NCBI GenBank assembly: GCA_951406725.2
Contig: OX597814.1
Location: 186,000,001 to 186,064,000 of the forward strand
Direction of reading: 5' to 3'
Source: Octopus vulgaris
Lineage: Eukaryota
DNA length: 64,000 bases
Shown here: positions 26,019-41,163 of the stretch, piece after piece
Position numbering within the stretch: the stretch's first letter is position 1
Layout: the number at the start of each line of letters is the position of its first letter
Notes under the pieces: model-generated
Database searches by the model: none
Seen by the model: only the letters and a program-made list of their open reading frames with translations
Told to the model about the DNA's origin: nothing
Program-made: the position numbers and the translations under genes

Positions 26019-27821
26019 ATATTTTTAGTTAGGTGTCATATAAATGACACCTGACTAAAAACATTCTTTTTTCCAAGATTTATTTTAACAAATCTTGAAT
26101 TTCTAGAAAAATTCATCTAGAGAATGTCTGTACAAAAATATCAAGGATAACAAAATCAAATTTTAAAATTACCTATAATACCTACCTAGAACTGTTAAAA
26201 TCAGTATACAAGACTAAGAGGTAGCTCCTGGGCAAGGGAGCCTGATACAGAAAGACCCAAAATCTCCTGTGACCCCAGAAACATAAGCGATGATGCATCT
26301 TATAGCCAATATAGAACAATTCTCAAGTTGGGAAAGACAATGTACTTTTGGAGTTTTTTTTCTTTAGTTCTTACTTTTAAAATTTCTGTCTTCAAAAGAG
26401 ATTATGTTCACCATCTGCCAACTATATTTCTATGTAAATGGGAATCTCTTTTTCTGAATTTGTGCAGAAAACTCTCAATATGAAAATAATCAACCAGATC
26501 ACATATCTTCGAGTCACCAAAGTTTTCTTTCTCCAAACTGTTCCCTTTAGACTGCTTCTTCAAAATGTTTGTTGATGATAAAAAGAGAAAAATCTCCATT
26601 TCTTTCTGGTGATTTAGACTTGATATGTACCATTGGAAAGAAAGAATGAAGTTATTTTATTATTATTTATATCATCTAAATATATTGTTCACATTATATA
26701 AAATCTTAAGCCATTATTTTAGACATTTATATTCAAGGGTTAGAAAGCTAGAGAGACAAACCCCTGCTCCATTAGTAATACACTGGACAGAAATAGGAGG
26801 ACAGCTTTATTTATCATGCAGATATACTTTTCGCAAACTCACAAAAGAAGAGTTGACAGGATACTGAGAACGGAAATCAATTTTTTTTTTTTATTTTTTA
26901 TTTTTACTTTTAGCTTGCTTTTTTTTTTCTTTTATCAATTTGACAAATAGATCATAACAGACAATAACCTCTTTCAGTCTTAATAACAAATGATGCTGAC
27001 CTTATGTTAGGGACAACTCTGCAGGCTTTAACCTTGTTAGATAAAGTTAATGGTATTTTTTTTTTCTTTCCTCCACCACATAAATAGATCTTGAACAGAT
27101 TTGAATGAAATAATAAAAACTCATCTGTTGAGTAGTCTTTAAATAATGGTACACTTCTTTCCAGTAAGCTTTGTACTAACATCTCACCTTTTCAACCTCT
27201 TACTAACAAGGCTACAATGACATTTAAATGTTTGCCATCAGGAGCCAGAATCTCTTCAAATTTTAGAAACAATTTATTTGGGGAATACTAAAATTATTCT
27301 ACTTCTGTTCTATTTATTCTAGTTCTCTTCTATCAGAATGATTTTCCTCTATTTAGTTTCAATTTCCCCACAAAGAAACTCCATTAATTTTATCAATGAG
27401 AACACAACAGAAATTCATATTTTCCATGTAGAGAATTCCTGGTAAAAGCAGTCTGTAAAATTGGTTTCAATAATTACTTGACAGCAGTGAAAGAAAATAT
27501 TGTATTCAAATTCAATGAAGGAATTAACCTGTTGGGCAGAAAGAATAGGAGAAATGTGTTTCCGTGAAGCTAAATGTTATGCTATAAAGCCACCATCTTT
27601 CTTTGTTATTGAAGAAAACAGAAGCAATGTGGTTTTATCTATTGAGCTTTCAGTGTAACATTCTCTCTCTCTCTCTTTTCCTCTCTCTGTCTCTCTCTCT
27701 CTCTCATACAAATTATCTGCATCACTCACTTTTTCTTTTCTATTTGTCTATTTTTACCATTTTACTCTATGCATCTCTTTAGCTTTCTTTTTATCCTAGT
27801 CTTTTGAAAATCACCATTAAT

Positions 27822-27824
<3 letters not shown>

Positions 27825-27888
<64 letters not shown>
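27825..27888. repeat. (CT)n microsatellite
   Basis: Read directly. Confidence 0.95.
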
Positions 27889-27890
<2 letters not shown>

Positions 27891-28100
27891 ATTTTATACA
27901 CACACTCATACATACACACTTCCACAACAATTTCATGAAAAGTGTCTTTAAAAGTTTCAGACATTCTTTCAACCTTCCACTAATTGTTCTCTTTCCATTG
28001 TATTACCGTAGAATTTCCAAGAAGGGACAAGCTCATTCCATCATAGGAAATGTTATGAAAAATCCCTAGTCAGATACTGACATTCATTACACACATTCTT

Positions 28101-28136
<36 letters not shown>

Positions 28137-28625
28137 TTCCTCCATTCTTCATAAGTGACAGAACACAATAAGATTCGGAAAAAGAAATTAAATTAAATAT
28201 CTTCGTCTTAAATCCTTTGTGGACCCTTTCGGAGATACAATTCAGTGTACATTAATATTTCTTCATTACTTTTAGTTTGAATGTTTTGAATTTAAAGATT
28301 TAAATTAACGAACAAAAGGCAAATATTTTGCCATCAAAATCATCCTATTCTTCAACAGCATTATGAAGATTACCGACATTTTAAAAATCCTATTTTCTAA
28401 ACCAGATTGGGTTGGACAGGTTTATAATAACTTCAATCTTTATTTTCTCTTGATCTTGTATCATTCACATGTCATATTTGGCATTCTTTGGTCAGTTCTT
28501 TTTCTCAAATTTTCCCCTGAGACTAACAAGGATAATAAAGCTCATGTCAGGAGTTAGTGGTAATATATAACTGACAAATTTAAATAGTGTCTTCTACAAT
28601 AACCCCAGGCTGACCAAAAACTTAA

Positions 28626-28845
28626 CCCTTTAGCATTCAAACCAGCCATATCCGGCCTAAATATTCTACCAGTTTTATGTTCAAACTGGCCAGATCTAGC
28701 CTCTCACACCTAGCTGACAACGTCTTTCTAAAATTAAATGATCACATCATGAAAATGTCTTAGCTACAAGATAATCCATGGTAAATTCAAAGCAATGTGA
28801 ATAAGTAAGCAGAGCATTTGACAGAGTAATCTGAATACTAAAGGG
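28626..28845. mobile_element. Complete piggyBac-like MITE (family D)
   Basis: TTAA|CCCTTTAGCATTCA ... TGAATACTAAAGGG|TTAA. Confidence 0.9.
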
Positions 28846-28892
28846 TTAAGAGTGGATTTGGTAAATGGAAGCTGCAAAAAAAAAAAACTATC

Positions 28893-29760
28893 AGGCATGG
28901 CTATGTGGTAAGAAGCTTGCTTCCCAACCACATGGTTCTGGGTTCAGTCCCATTGTGTAGCACTTTGGGCAAGTGTCTTTTACTATAGCCTCGGGCTGAG
29001 TAGATTTGGTAGATGAAAATTGAAATAAGCCTGTTGTGTACATATATATATGTATCTATCTATCTACATCATCATCATCATCCTCGTTTAACATCCACTT
29101 CCCATGCTAGCATGGGTTGGACGATTTGACTGAGGACTGGCAAACCAGATGGCTGCACCAAGCTCCAATCTGATTTGGCAGAGTTTCTACAGCTGGATGC
29201 CCTTCCTAATGCCAACCACTCCAAGAATGTAGTGGGTGCTTTTACTTGCCACTGGCATGAGGGCCAGTCAGGTGGTACTGGCAACGGCCATGCTCAAGTG
29301 GGGTTTTTTATGTGACACCTGCACAGGAGCCAGTCCAGTGACACCTGTTTTTCATGTGCCAGTAAGTCGATGCTGGTAACGATCACGTTTGAATGGTGCT
29401 TTTTATGTGCCACCGGCACAGAAGCCAGTTAGCTGCTCTGGCAACAATCACGCTCGGGTGGTGCTCTTAGCGTTCCACTGGCACAGGTTCCAGTCATTGA
29501 ATTTGCGAATTTGCTACATATATATATATATATATATATATTTGTGTGTCTGTGTTTGTCTCTCTTCCACCATTGCTTGACAACCAATGGGGGAACGTAT
29601 ATGTCCCCATAACTTAGTGGTTCAGCAAAAAAAAAAAAACAGAATAAATACTAGGCTCATAAAGAATAAGTCCTGGAATTGATTTGTTGAACTAAAGGTG
29701 GTGCTCCAGCATGGCAGCTGCAGTCAAATGACAAAAACAAGTAAAAGAATAAAAGAATAA
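28893..29760 (+). mobile_element. SINE family A with a minus-strand family C copy nested at about 29068-29495
   Basis: Family A head and tail flank the insertion, which sits in the internal TA tract. Confidence 0.85.
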
Positions 29761-29763
29761 TCA

Positions 29764-29984
29764 TATCAAGTGGTGCTGAAGAGTTTCTGGCTTTAAGGGT
29801 ATCCCAAAAGGCCTGGTTGGAAGCCTAACCTTCTGAGTTCTTTTACAAGGCTTAGGAAAACTGAAGAATTTGTGCAATAAGTGTGTGAATCTGAGAGAGG
29901 GATATGTCAAATAGAATCATAATTATCTGATCCTTTTGTATTTTCTTTTACCCAATGCCAGGAACTTTTCAGCACCAACTCGTA
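29764..29984. mobile_element. Mariner-derived MITE related to the 23713 element
   Basis: TIRs GGTGCTGAAGAGTTTCTGGC and GCCAGGAACTTTTCAGCACCAACTCGTA; interior matches the reverse complement of 23730-23890. Confidence 0.85.
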
Positions 29985-30147
29985 CGAATGTGTGTGTGTG
30001 TGTGTGTGTGTGTGTGGTCCCTTTTCCAGAAGAAAGTAGGAGTACAAGTACTTCTAGCATTAGATTCTTTAACTCCATACAGCAAAATCAGCTTCCTGAA
30101 CGTTTTTTTGCTAACTCTTGCATACAACAAAACCAAAAAATGTTTTA

Positions 30148-30456
30148 GTATTCTCTTTTACTTGTTTCAGTTATTCTATCGGTCTCTTTTGCCGAACCTC
30201 TAAGTTACAGGGACGTAAACACACCAGCATCGGTTGTCAAGCGATGTTGGGGGGTACAAACATAGACACACAAGCATATACTCACACATACATATGGGCT
30301 TCTTTCAGTTTCGTTCTACCAAATCCACTCACAAGGATTTGGTTGGCCCAAAGCTAAAATAGAAGACACTTGCTAAAGATGCCATGCAGTGGGACTGAAC
30401 TCGGAACCATGTGGTTGGTAAGTAAGCTACTTACCACACAGCCTCTCCTGTGCCTA
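30148..30456 (-). mobile_element. SINE family A copy
   Basis: Family motifs, with an internal deletion. Confidence 0.85.
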
Positions 30457-31054
30457 TAATAAATAAATATAGTAATATGGGAGAATAAATAAATGAATGA
30501 AACTGGCTTCAATCAGGAGGCATTGCTAATGCCTTTTACCAAAGTAAACCTCCTGCCAGAATTGGTGCTTTGAGGAAAAGTGCTGTGACATTTTTTTTTT
30601 TTTCTTTTTAGCCTTCCTCTGCCAAATCTTCCTCAAAACACACCATAACATCTTAGAGGAAAAAAATAACCAAAAAGAACATACTCCCACCCCGCCGTTT
30701 GAAAACAAAATGGATTGGCCTGAAATACTTAGCTTTCTATCACAGATATGTTCAATCAGAGCTAACCTGGGAGCTAAATAACAATAACTTAAACAGTTTC
30801 CGTGACCCAAAGCAATGTCTAAGCAATAGTGTATGATCACAGCTGGACTTAGGTTAAACAATAACAGAATAATTTACTAGTTTTTTGGGTTTTTTTTTCA
30901 TTTTTTTTTATATTTCCTTTGAATATCAAATAGAATTTAAATTATATCAGTTTCTGAGCTCAATTCACAACAGCTCCTTGAGAGTAAATAAAGAGGGTGG
31001 CTGGCAATAGGAGAAGGATGATGTTGCAAGAGGAGAGAAAGGAAAGGGCAGAGC

Positions 31055-31451
31055 TGTGGTGGTGACAGTGGTGTTGCTGATGACAGTGGTGCTTGTAGTA
31101 GTAGTAGTAACTGTGGTGGTGACAGTAGTAGTAGTAGTTGTGGTGGTGGTGACAGTAGTAGTAGTAGAAGTAACAGCAGCAGCAGTAGTAGTAGTAGTAA
31201 TTGTGGTGGTAGAAGTAGTAGTAGTAGTAGTAGTTGTGGTGTTGACAGTAGTAGTAACTGTGGTGGTAGCAGTAGTAGTAGTAGTAACTGTGATGGTAGA
31301 AGTAGTAGTGGTAGTAGTAGTAGTTGTGGTGGTAGTAGTAGTAGTAGAAGTAGTAGTAGTAGTAGTAGTAACTGGTGTTGGCAGCAGCAGCAGCAGCTGT
31401 AGCAGCAGCAGCAACAGCAGCAGCAACAGCAGCAGCAGCAGCAGCAGTAGC

Positions 31452-31494
<43 letters not shown>

Positions 31495-31550
31495 AGTAAT
31501 TGCGGAGGTAGTAGTAGCAGCAACTACAGTAGGAGTTGTAGTGATAATGC
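31055..31550. repeat. (GTA/GTG/GCA)n low-complexity tract
   Basis: Read directly. Confidence 0.95.
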
Positions 31551-31849
31551 CAGTGACAAGATGGAAGTGACAAGAGGGTGATAGTGAATATGGTAATCTG
31601 CATGATGATGGACAAGGTGGTAATGAGGAGGAAGGGGAAGGCAGAGGTGTATGAAGAAATATGTGGAGGGTGTGGAGGAGAGGGGGAGCAGGGAAGAGTT
31701 TCCATAGGATAGAGGTGGGGGGATGAGACAGGGGAGCAAGTAGGGGGAGTGAGTCTCATCAAGGGTCATAATTGTAGAAAAACAAACTTGGGTGTGGATG
31801 ACAAGTTAAGGGAGGTATGTGCCTGCCCCTAACAATGGATTAACTGCTA

Positions 31850-32215
31850 TTGTTGATGATGATGATGATGATAGTAACAGTGATGTCAAGGGCTGAGGTA
31901 GGGGGTATGGTGGTGGTGGTGGTGGAGTGGTGATGGAGTGGTGTTGGTGGTGGTGGTGTTGGTGGTGGTGGTGGTGTTGGTGGCGGTGTCGGTGGTGTTG
32001 ATGGTGGTGGTGGTGGCGGCGGTGGGGTGGTGATGGAGTGGTGGTGGTGGTGGTGGTGGTGGTGGTGGCGGCGGTGGTGGTGGTGGTGGTAGTGGCGGCG
32101 GTGGTGGTGGTGGTGGTGGTGGTGGTGATGTTGATGGTGGTGGTGGTGGTGGTGGCACAGATGGGGGTAGAAAGATGAGGCTGCTGCTGCTGCATATGAG
32201 GATGATGATGATGGA
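31850..32215. repeat. (GGT)n low-complexity tract
   Basis: Read directly. Confidence 0.95.
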
Positions 32216-32969
32216 ACCAAAACAAAAGAGATAAGACTTGAGATGTGAAGGTTCCCTTTAAAAACCTAAAACAGGATATGCTGGACAGTAAGAGTTGTAG
32301 GAAAGAGGGAGAGAGACCGGAGAAAGAAAGGAAGGAAGGAAGGAAAGAAGGAATTAAAAAGGAAAGGGATGCGTAGTTTTAGAAGCCCTTGGAAAACCAA
32401 ATGTGTATAAAGGATTTAAGAGTAACAGCTTGGAGATGTGGACCTGCTATTTGTTCCCCCCCCCCCCTCCAGGCTTTATTAACTTCAACTAGCTTCCATT
32501 TCGGAAAACTGTCTGATGGCTGAATATAGTATCAAAAGACAGTTTCTTCGACTTTACATTATTAACTTGCACAGATAAAGCAGGAGCGTTTTCAAGATGG
32601 ACAATTCCATTGTAAAGGGGGGAAAAAAAAGAATTATTGGTGATTATGCTTCATGTTTATTAATGTGAATCCGGCTTATGGAAATATAGCATTTTCGTGT
32701 GGAGTAAGATATGACATGCTTCTTAGATAGGCGTTTAAAGCCAGACGTTCTGATGTGAGAGGTAGGTACACAGCCGATTGAATCAAAGTCAAACAAGAAA
32801 ATAGGAGAGTTCGGTTGCTATGAGAAAGTGAAGAATGAAATGTTCTGGGCTTTTGCTCTTGGTTTGAGTGTGAGGAAGATAGATTAATGTATAGGGGGAG
32901 GGGAGGGAAAGAGAGAGAAAAGGAGAGAGATCCAGTGGCAGAGAAAATATGTCACTTTGGTTATAAGCT

Positions 32970-33194
32970 CACTCTTTTACTCTTTTACTTGTTTCAGTCA
33001 TTTGACTGTGGCCATGCTGGAGCACCACCTTTAGTCAGGCAAATCGACCCCAGGACTTATTCTTTGTAAGCCTAGTACTTATTGTATCGGTCTCTTTTAC
33101 CAAACCGCTAAGTTACGGGGATGTAAATACACCAGTATTGGTTGTCAAGCGATGTTGGGGGGACAAATACAGACACAGAAATATATATACACAA

Positions 33195-33225
<31 letters not shown>

Positions 33226-33385
33226 CATATTTACGACGGGCTTCTTTCAGTTTCCGCTCACAAGGCTTTGGTCGGCCCAAGGCTCTAGTAGAAGAAACTT
33301 GCCCAAGGTGCCACACAGTGGGACTGAACCCAGAACCATGTGGTTCGTAAGCAAGCTACTTACCACACAGCCCCTCCTCCGCCTC
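32970..33385 (-). mobile_element. SINE family A copy
   Basis: Complete tail, TA tract and head. Confidence 0.9.
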
Positions 33386-34006
33386 CTACACATTAGCTTC
33401 ATTATTATTAAATTATTATTTTATAATTATAATTTCAGGAAAGTGAAATAGAATAAGCAAATTTATTCTGAGCCACTAAGCAATATATGCACCAAATTAA
33501 AAAAAAAATTCCTAGAACCAGCATATCAGTCAGTAATTTACCAACATTCCCATTTCAACTGATGAAAATAATTGCATTTATTATAATAGCTTCTTATAGA
33601 GACATGAAAGCTTAGACTTTTTTGGGAAGGAAAATGTTAGGATGTAATAGTTATACTTTTCCTATTAACCTCATCTGCATGCTTGTTCAGTACTCACCAC
33701 ATCCGCTTCTACTCCCATCTCTAACCATCTCTTGCTCTCCTCTCACACCTTCATACAATTGTTCTCTCATCTCCTCACTCCCCCAATCCACTTTTCATTT
33801 TCTCTTCTATACTCCTTTACTTGCACTTTGAGGGTTTGCTCAGGTATTACATCATCATTATTGCTACCTTCTTTCCAGTTACTCCTATCAACATTTATAT
33901 AATGTGAAGTAGCCATGTATCTCCTCTACAGCAACATACCTGTGCTTATCCCTCTATTATACTTTAGGCTTCCAAAACCTCTTCCGGTGTATTTATGCCA
34001 GGATAT

Positions 34007-34240
34007 AGGCAGCGAGCTGGCAGAAATGTTAGCACGTCGAGCAAAATGCTTAGCAGTATTTCATCTGCCGCTATGTTCTGAGTTCAAATTCCGCCGAGGT
34101 CGACTTTGCCTTTCATCCTTTCAGGGTCAATTAAATAAGCACCAGTTACACACTGGGGTCAATATAATCAACTTAATCCGTTTGTCTGCCCTTGTTTGTC
34201 CCCTCTGTGTGTAGCCCCTTGTGGGCAGTAAAGAAATAAT
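34007..34240 (+). mobile_element. SINE family B copy
   Basis: GGCAGCGAGCTGGCAGAAA...GCCCCTTGTGGGCAGTAAAGAAATA. Confidence 0.9.
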
Positions 34241-34653
34241 AAAGAGACCTTTTCCCTCATTTCAATACACCAGCCTCACTCAGTCAAGGCGACTTTTTTC
34301 CTTCTTTTTCCTTGTTTTGCAAATTACTTAATGACCTCACTAGTGTCACCAGTGGCATGTAAAAGGCACTCAGTATGCACTGTCAGGTATATGCTGGATT
34401 AGGAAGAGTATCAAGCCACAGAAACCAAGCCAAAGCTGACACAGGAGCTCAACATAGTCATGCAGCTCATTAGATCCTTTCAAACAGTGCAACTCATGAC
34501 AGTAAGGAAAACAGATTGATGATCATAATGATGATGATGATGATGATGATGAGTATGGGGAGAAAACAAATGAAATGAGATAATTCCATAAAAATAGATT
34601 GTTAGTGAGCCCAATTATCACATTGGTTTCAATTTTTAGTTGAATACTTTTTG

Positions 34654-34988
34654 TGAAGGCACATGGCTCAGTAGTTAGAGCGTCGAGCTTACGGTCGTGA
34701 GGTTATGAGTTTGATTCTCGGACCAGGCTGTGTGTTGTGTTCATAAGCAAGACACTTTATTTCACGTTGCTCCACTTCACTCAGCTGTAGAAATGAATTG
34801 CGACATCACTGGTGCTAAGCTGTATCGGCCGTTGCCTTTCCCTTGGATAACATCAGTGGCATGGAGAGAGGAGACTGGTATGCATGGGTGACTGCTGGTC
34901 TTCCGTAAACAACCTTACCCGGACTTGTGCCCCAGAATGTAACTTTGTAGGTGCAATCCCATGGTCATTCATGACCGAAGGGGGTCTC
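34654..34988 (+). mobile_element. tRNA-derived OR-like SINE with a CORE-like domain
   Basis: TGGCTCAGTAG A box, GTTTGATTC B box, AGCAAGACACTT...CAGCTGTAGAAATG. Confidence 0.85.
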
Positions 34989-35009
34989 CTCTATTATTAT
35001 TATTATTAT

Positions 35010-35550
35010 TGAGTGAGAGAGTAGTTCATGCCATCAAAGTGACATTGGAGTAAAATATACGAAGCCCAATATACCCATCATGACTACCCGTCTGATAAGG
35101 GTACACCAGGCACATGCATCACAACCATGTGTGCGCGACATGGTGATCTCATATCAAGATAAACAGCACATGACCTTGCAGGTGGGGCCCAGTTAGAATT
35201 TTCTTCAGGTCAAGTAACCCATCCCACTCAAAAGGTCCTTGAATAAGGGTTGTTTAAGGATGTTGAACGAAACACCTATGTTTCCAGAGGTGAATTACTC
35301 AAACTCCATAGAATCCCTCTCAACACATGGCTATGATGCTCCACCACTACTTCCGCTCATGATCAGAGATGCACATATTGTCAGCCACTAAGGGACATGC
35401 TCATCTGGCTAAGGTCAAACAACTGACAAGCAAATCTGTGGTACTGAGCAGAATATTTGCTGTAGCCCATCTTTTATACCAAGACAAAACAATGTACATG
35501 ATAACACTTCTAATCAGTTAAGATCATAAGCCATGAGAGCCACTGCCTGG
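35010..35550 (-). mobile_element. LINE 3' UTR fragment with (AAT)n tail, inserted in (TTA)n
   Basis: Reverse-complement match to 61995-62200; TTA repeats on both sides; clade not determined. Confidence 0.7.
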
Positions 35551-37069
35551 TTATTATTATTATTATTATTATTAGTGAACGTACATGACTCAGTGGTTAG
35601 ACTGTTGAGCTCATGACTGAAGGGGGTCTCAAAATGTTTTGACAATATAGTTGATGCTCATGTGTAAGCCACAAATATCATGACTTCAAGTTGTGTGATA
35701 TAAAACCATAGCAATGGTATTGATCATGAAAAGGACATCTAACCGTAAAAATAGAGCATGATCCAAAAACCTTTACAAATGTCAATCAAGACTGGAGAAA
35801 AAAATTTAATAAGAAAAAAAAATTGGGGTTTCCCCACCACACACATATGCATAAATCAGATATTTTAACTGCTATTATTATTCAAAGAACAAAGTTTTCA
35901 AAAGTCAGTATACAAACAAAGACAAAACAAAGAAACGTGTGCCTTAAAAATATTTTTAAAACCATTCTATTGGTTTAGTTGTACTGTGTGACAATTATCA
36001 TTTTTTTCTCTCACAAAAGCTCACGCGCGTTTCTTTCCTTTTGGCTTAATTATCAGAAATCAATAAACATTTTAAAGACATTTCACAAAATATCAACAAA
36101 AACTATGTAAAAGCTTATCTTTATCAATAATTTCTAGTAACGAAGCATACTTTTTTTGTTTTAAACTTTTTTTTTGTTTTAAATTTTTTTATTTTACCTT
36201 CATTACTCAACATCGAAATGGCATTGAGCTGGAGAATTTTCATTCCAACTCTATTGACCTGCTAACATTTATCAATTTATTTAATTAAGCAATGTTCCCT
36301 CGTATTTTTCTTAATTCAATAAGTTCCAAGAATAAAACTAATTATATGTAACTGAGAAAGAATGTCAATTGTATTGGAATCTGATTACTGATCCTTGGTG
36401 TTTCCAGTATAGCATCGAATACATAGCTGGCACTGCAACAGAACTTTATCTACAAATGAATCAGCATTGAGTCAATCCTCTTAATATACATTACATCAGA
36501 AGAATCTGACAGTGTGTGTGGTGAATTAGAATTGCAAGGGAAACACTTGAGGTTTTTCTTTTTTATTTGTTTTTCTTTTGTTTTGCTTTGTTTGGTTTTG
36601 CCTTTTTATTTTGGTAAGGAATCATACATTTTCATTCTTGTACAAAGTTTTGTACATATTGTTCATCTCAAGGAAGTTCCTTTTACAGTACTCTTCTCCA
36701 GCAACGCTAAAACTATGAACCAACGAACCAATTAAGGCGCTTCTATGTGGTTGAGTGACTTGCTAGAAATAGCAATCAAATCTCCTTCAAATCACAGTCC
36801 ACCATCTCAGAAAAAGGACATATGAGACAATGTGGTCCTGGGGTTCCAGATATAAGAAAGAAATAGGGCTGTCATGACTGGAATGTTATTGATCATAGGT
36901 CTGCTAAATTAGAGCTGAAGAAGAACAACAGCAACTACCAAAGAGCATTAGAGAGCCTAGCTAAATACACAACAGTATTTAGTTTAATCCTTCTTAATTC
37001 TGAATTCAAATCCTTTTTGGTGGTGGGTGTCATGATGATCTATCTATACACACACACACACACACATAT

Positions 37070-37780
37070 ATAGAATTAAGGGACAGAACCTCCATAAAGT
37101 AATTCAATTAATAATGAAAGATATTATCTGTAATAAAATATAAATTTAAATATATTATTAATATTGTACTAAAAATTACTATACTAAATAATACACATTA
37201 AAATGACGATGCATGTTTCATGACGATATATTTAAATTTACAATATCAAAATTGATCATCTCAAAAATTAATATTTCCTCAATCAAACGATACATAACCA
37301 CTCTTCAGGTCACTCTTACAGCATAAATGAAGACATTATAATTAAACTATAGATTTAGAAATAATCGATAAGATTTAACAGTATTAAAGAAAGGTAGAAG
37401 CATAACTTATCTTATTGATGAGTAATAGTTAACTCTGCAAATTAAACATGGCTACTGAAGTATATATATATATATAAATAAATGAATAAAAATTTATATA
37501 TAAAGAACGTGAAATACACGAAGGGACGAACACGGAAAACAGACAAGTCATTCGAAGCCTTCAATCTTCAGTCAGAAACCGAATCATCATGGCAAATTTC
37601 GGCTGTATGTAGCAAATAGTGATTTGCTGTATAATTGTACCAATTGAAACAAAGAGTACGAGCCAGGTACTTTTTGAAAAATCACCTGTGAGGGATCAAT
37701 GCAAGGTGGGTCGAAACGATCCTTGTGATTAATAAAGAATCTTATGAATTCCATTTTCGATTTCTCTCATTCATTATGCG
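37070..37780. mobile_element. AT-rich TA-embedded fragments, possibly Penelope-like
   Basis: Bounded by (CA/TA)n and (TG)n; contains CTTCAG and TTTCGGC motifs; assignment is inferential. Confidence 0.35.
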
Positions 37781-38183
37781 TGTTTGTGTGTGTGTGTGTG
37801 TATGTAGTCATGGCCAATGCTGGTGACACATAAAAGGCACCCATGCAGATGACATGTAAAATGACATGTGCCAGTGGCACATGAGACATCCAGTACCCTC
37901 TGTAAAGTGACTGGCGTTAGGAAGAGCATCCAGCCATAGAGACCAAGTCAAAACAGATAACCAGCTTACCAACCCCAGTCAAATCATCTAACCCATGCCA
38001 GCATGGAAAACAGACATTAAATGATGATGACAAAGCAGAGGATTTAAAGAGGTGAACAAGAACAACAGCAACTACCACAAGAGCAATAGAGAGCCGAGTA
38101 TTTAGTTTAATTCTTCTTCATTCTGGCTTCAGATCCTTTTGGTGGGGAGGGGTCTATTTATACACACACACACACACATACAT

Positions 38184-38226
<43 letters not shown>

Positions 38227-38904
38227 CAACACTATATATATATATATATATATACATACAACACTGGCATTGGCCATGGCTGCGAACTCACTTTAGTTGC
38301 CTGGTCTTTTCAATCACAGCATATCTCCAAAGGTCTCAGTCTCCTGTCATTGCCTCTGTTCGAGAACCAATGTTCAAAGTTCATGCTTCCCCACCTCATC
38401 CTAGGTAAAAATTTGTACCTAGAGAAAAGAAATATTTTCTTTCCATTTCTTCCCTTTCTACAGTTATTGTATTTGCTTAATTTCATGATTCTTCCTTTCC
38501 CTTTCTTTTAATAATGAAATATATCGAAGATGGCAAAAGCCTTATAAACGATTGAAACACTTGTACAGAACAAACTAAATCATGTTATCATTTGATGTTT
38601 CTTCTGTATTATAAAAGCTCTGTAGGAAGCCTGCTTTCATATAAGTATTATTTCTACTCAATCTAATCTCCTGGCAAGCGAGGAAAACTACTTTAATGAC
38701 TAAATGTATTGAATAAGAGTTACTGGTTAATTTTCTATTAGAAAAGAAAAACCATTTTTGCTCTTTGTGGTTGACAAGGCTATAAATAAAAATTATTTTT
38801 AGACTTTTGAACTGTTAAATTCATAAATCTTACCAAATAGATTATCACAGCAATGTTTTTTTGTTTATTGAAAATAAATATATAATGTGATTAAACTAAA
38901 TGAA

Positions 38905-39150
38905 ATAATCATAATGATGATAGTGATGGTGGTGGTGGTTGTAGCGACAGTCACGGCAGAGGTGATGGTGGTGGCAGTGATGGTGGTGGTGGTGGTGGTG
39001 GTGGTGTTGGGGTGATGATGGTGTAGGGGAGGTAATGGTGGTGGCAGTGATGATGATGGTGGTAGAGGAGGTGATGGTGGTGGTGGTGGTGGTGGCAGTG
39101 ATGATGATGGTGGTGGTGATGATGGTGGTAGAGGAGGTGATGGGGGTGGG
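38905..39150. repeat. (GGT/GAT)n low-complexity tract
   Basis: Read directly. Confidence 0.9.
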
Positions 39151-39372
39151 TAGCTGTAACATTAATATTTTCTCAAATAGCTTATACAAATAATTCTTTC
39201 TACAATAGGCACAAAGCCTGAAATTTGGTACTTATTTCATCGACCCTGAAAGGATGAAAGGCAAAGTCAACCCTGGCAGAACTTGAACTCAGAATGTAAA
39301 GATGGACAAAATACCACTAAGCATTTTGTCTTGCATACCAGCAATTCTGCCAGCTTAATCGTTTATTACCAA

Positions 39373-41163
<1,791 letters not shown>

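Noticed and set aside
30960-32225. The 265-aa and 187-aa ORFs and poly-P/H ORFs
   Set aside because: Simple-repeat artefacts with no splice or domain evidence
34654-34730. tRNA-like sequence (also at 745-818)
   Set aside because: SINE heads continuing into SINE bodies; no clean cloverleaf or terminator
37540-37610. Possible fifth hammerhead-like core (CUGAAGA...GAAU on the minus strand)
   Set aside because: GAAA box and stem I are not satisfied; too degenerate
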